Shown piece by piece: positions 57,010 through 64,000 of a stretch of 64,000 bases of DNA. The stretch is from the human T2T-CHM13v2.0 reference genome, Homo sapiens. A model generated the notes under the pieces. It was not told the DNA's origin, ran no database searches, and saw nothing but the letters and a program-made list of their open reading frames with translations. How positions within the stretch are numbered: the stretch's first letter is position 1; the number at the start of each line of letters is the position of its first letter. Location: the NCBI RefSeq assembly GCF_009914755.1, contig NC_060931.1; one strand, written 5' to 3'. The translations under genes and the position numbers were made by a program.

Positions 57010-57864
57010 GATGTTAGTATAACATCTAAATGAAGATGTCTTGCAGATAGTTAGAACTGGATTCATAGTGGAAGTGGGGAAGAAAGGATCAAGAAATAGC
57101 TTTGGAAGGTATCAGAAAGGTCCCAATCATAATGGTAGCTATACTTTGATTGATATGGAGGACAAAGATGGCTAATTAGAGTACCTTAGGTACAAAGCAC
57201 CATTAATGGACAGAAAGAAGAAAAGGTATTAGCAAAATTACATTATTATCCTACAACAACATAATTTTACCTTTGTGTAACTGCTTATACCTTTCAAACC
57301 AGTAATATCCATTATCTTACTTGATACTGAAATAGTTTGAAATAAAGCAGGTGACTTCTTAGTACAACATGTTAATTTTAGAGAAACTAGCTAGTACTGT
57401 TTTTTCTAGAAACTCTGATTATATTATAAAGACAAAACCTAGATACTTTACATTGAATTATTTTGTACTTGATTGGTACATTGTTAATATTTTTCAAAGA
57501 AATAGCAATTTTGTTGAACTAGAGCCAGGTCTCAATTTTCTCTCTGGCTTTCTTTGTGGCACCATACTCCTGTAAAACCATCAATGCTCATTAAGCTGTG
57601 GATCACTTTGGCTTTTCTTAACCTGGCTAAAGCAGTGTTATCCACAAGTTTCATTTCAGAGAAGATAGAACTTTGTAAATAACCTGAAGGCACCTTTATA
57701 GCTACCTTTCTATTGTCTCTGAGGGTAGGTCACAGGCTGTGATGGGGAAGAAGAAAAGCGTTCTGAGGTTTGAGAAAAAGTGGTGAGAATTTGAATAGTT
57801 TTTTGTGGAGTGTGAGCAACTGAATTAATCAGAAATGTGGTAGGATTTCTGAATTAATTAGAAA

Positions 57865-58425
<561 letters not shown>

Positions 58426-58483
58426 GTCGAAAGTAATTAAAAATAAATTTTGAACTGCATAGACACGTCATCTATTTACATGA

Positions 58484-58529
58484 ATGTGTGTGTGTGTGTA
58501 TGTGCGTGTGTGCGTGCGCACGCGCATGT
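58484..58529. repeat. (TG/CG) alternating purine-pyrimidine tract
   Basis: atgtgtgtgtgtgtgtatgtgcgtgtgtgcgtgcgcacgcgcatgt. Confidence 0.85.
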
Positions 58530-58532
58530 TTA

Positions 58533-64000
<5,468 letters not shown>

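Overview
Human genomic DNA: an AluYb8 (human-specific family) and an SVA are present, and the gene order matches chr7q32. The window runs from the end of SMO intron 1 through SMO exons 2-12 (+ strand, 6297-15374, 2033 coding nt, GT-AG boundaries read directly; poly(A) signal 16448). It continues through an ~11.5-kb repeat-dense intergenic interval, the CpG-island promoter and first coding exon of AHCYL2 (ATG 28006, donor after 28368), and ~35 kb of AHCYL2 intron 1 packed with Alu, L1, L2, MIR, MaLR and DNA-transposon relics. I see no new protein-coding gene, no RNA gene and no multi-gene system. The most unusual unexplained structures are: (1) a non-Alu 55-bp-arm hairpin in AHCYL2 intron 1 (56876-57001) whose mismatches are nearly all G-U wobbles on the sense strand; (2) an ~210-bp non-Alu inverted duplication upstream of AHCYL2, one copy carrying its own 20-bp inverted termini; (3) an AluYb8 with a gene-conversion signature; (4) a divergent pair of CTCF motifs around the SMO 3' end and SVA; (5) inverted Alus flanking SMO exons 3-6, whose 727-nt back-spliced circle encodes a 193-aa ORF. 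Repeat family names and repeat boundaries are from recall of consensus sequences and are approximate.
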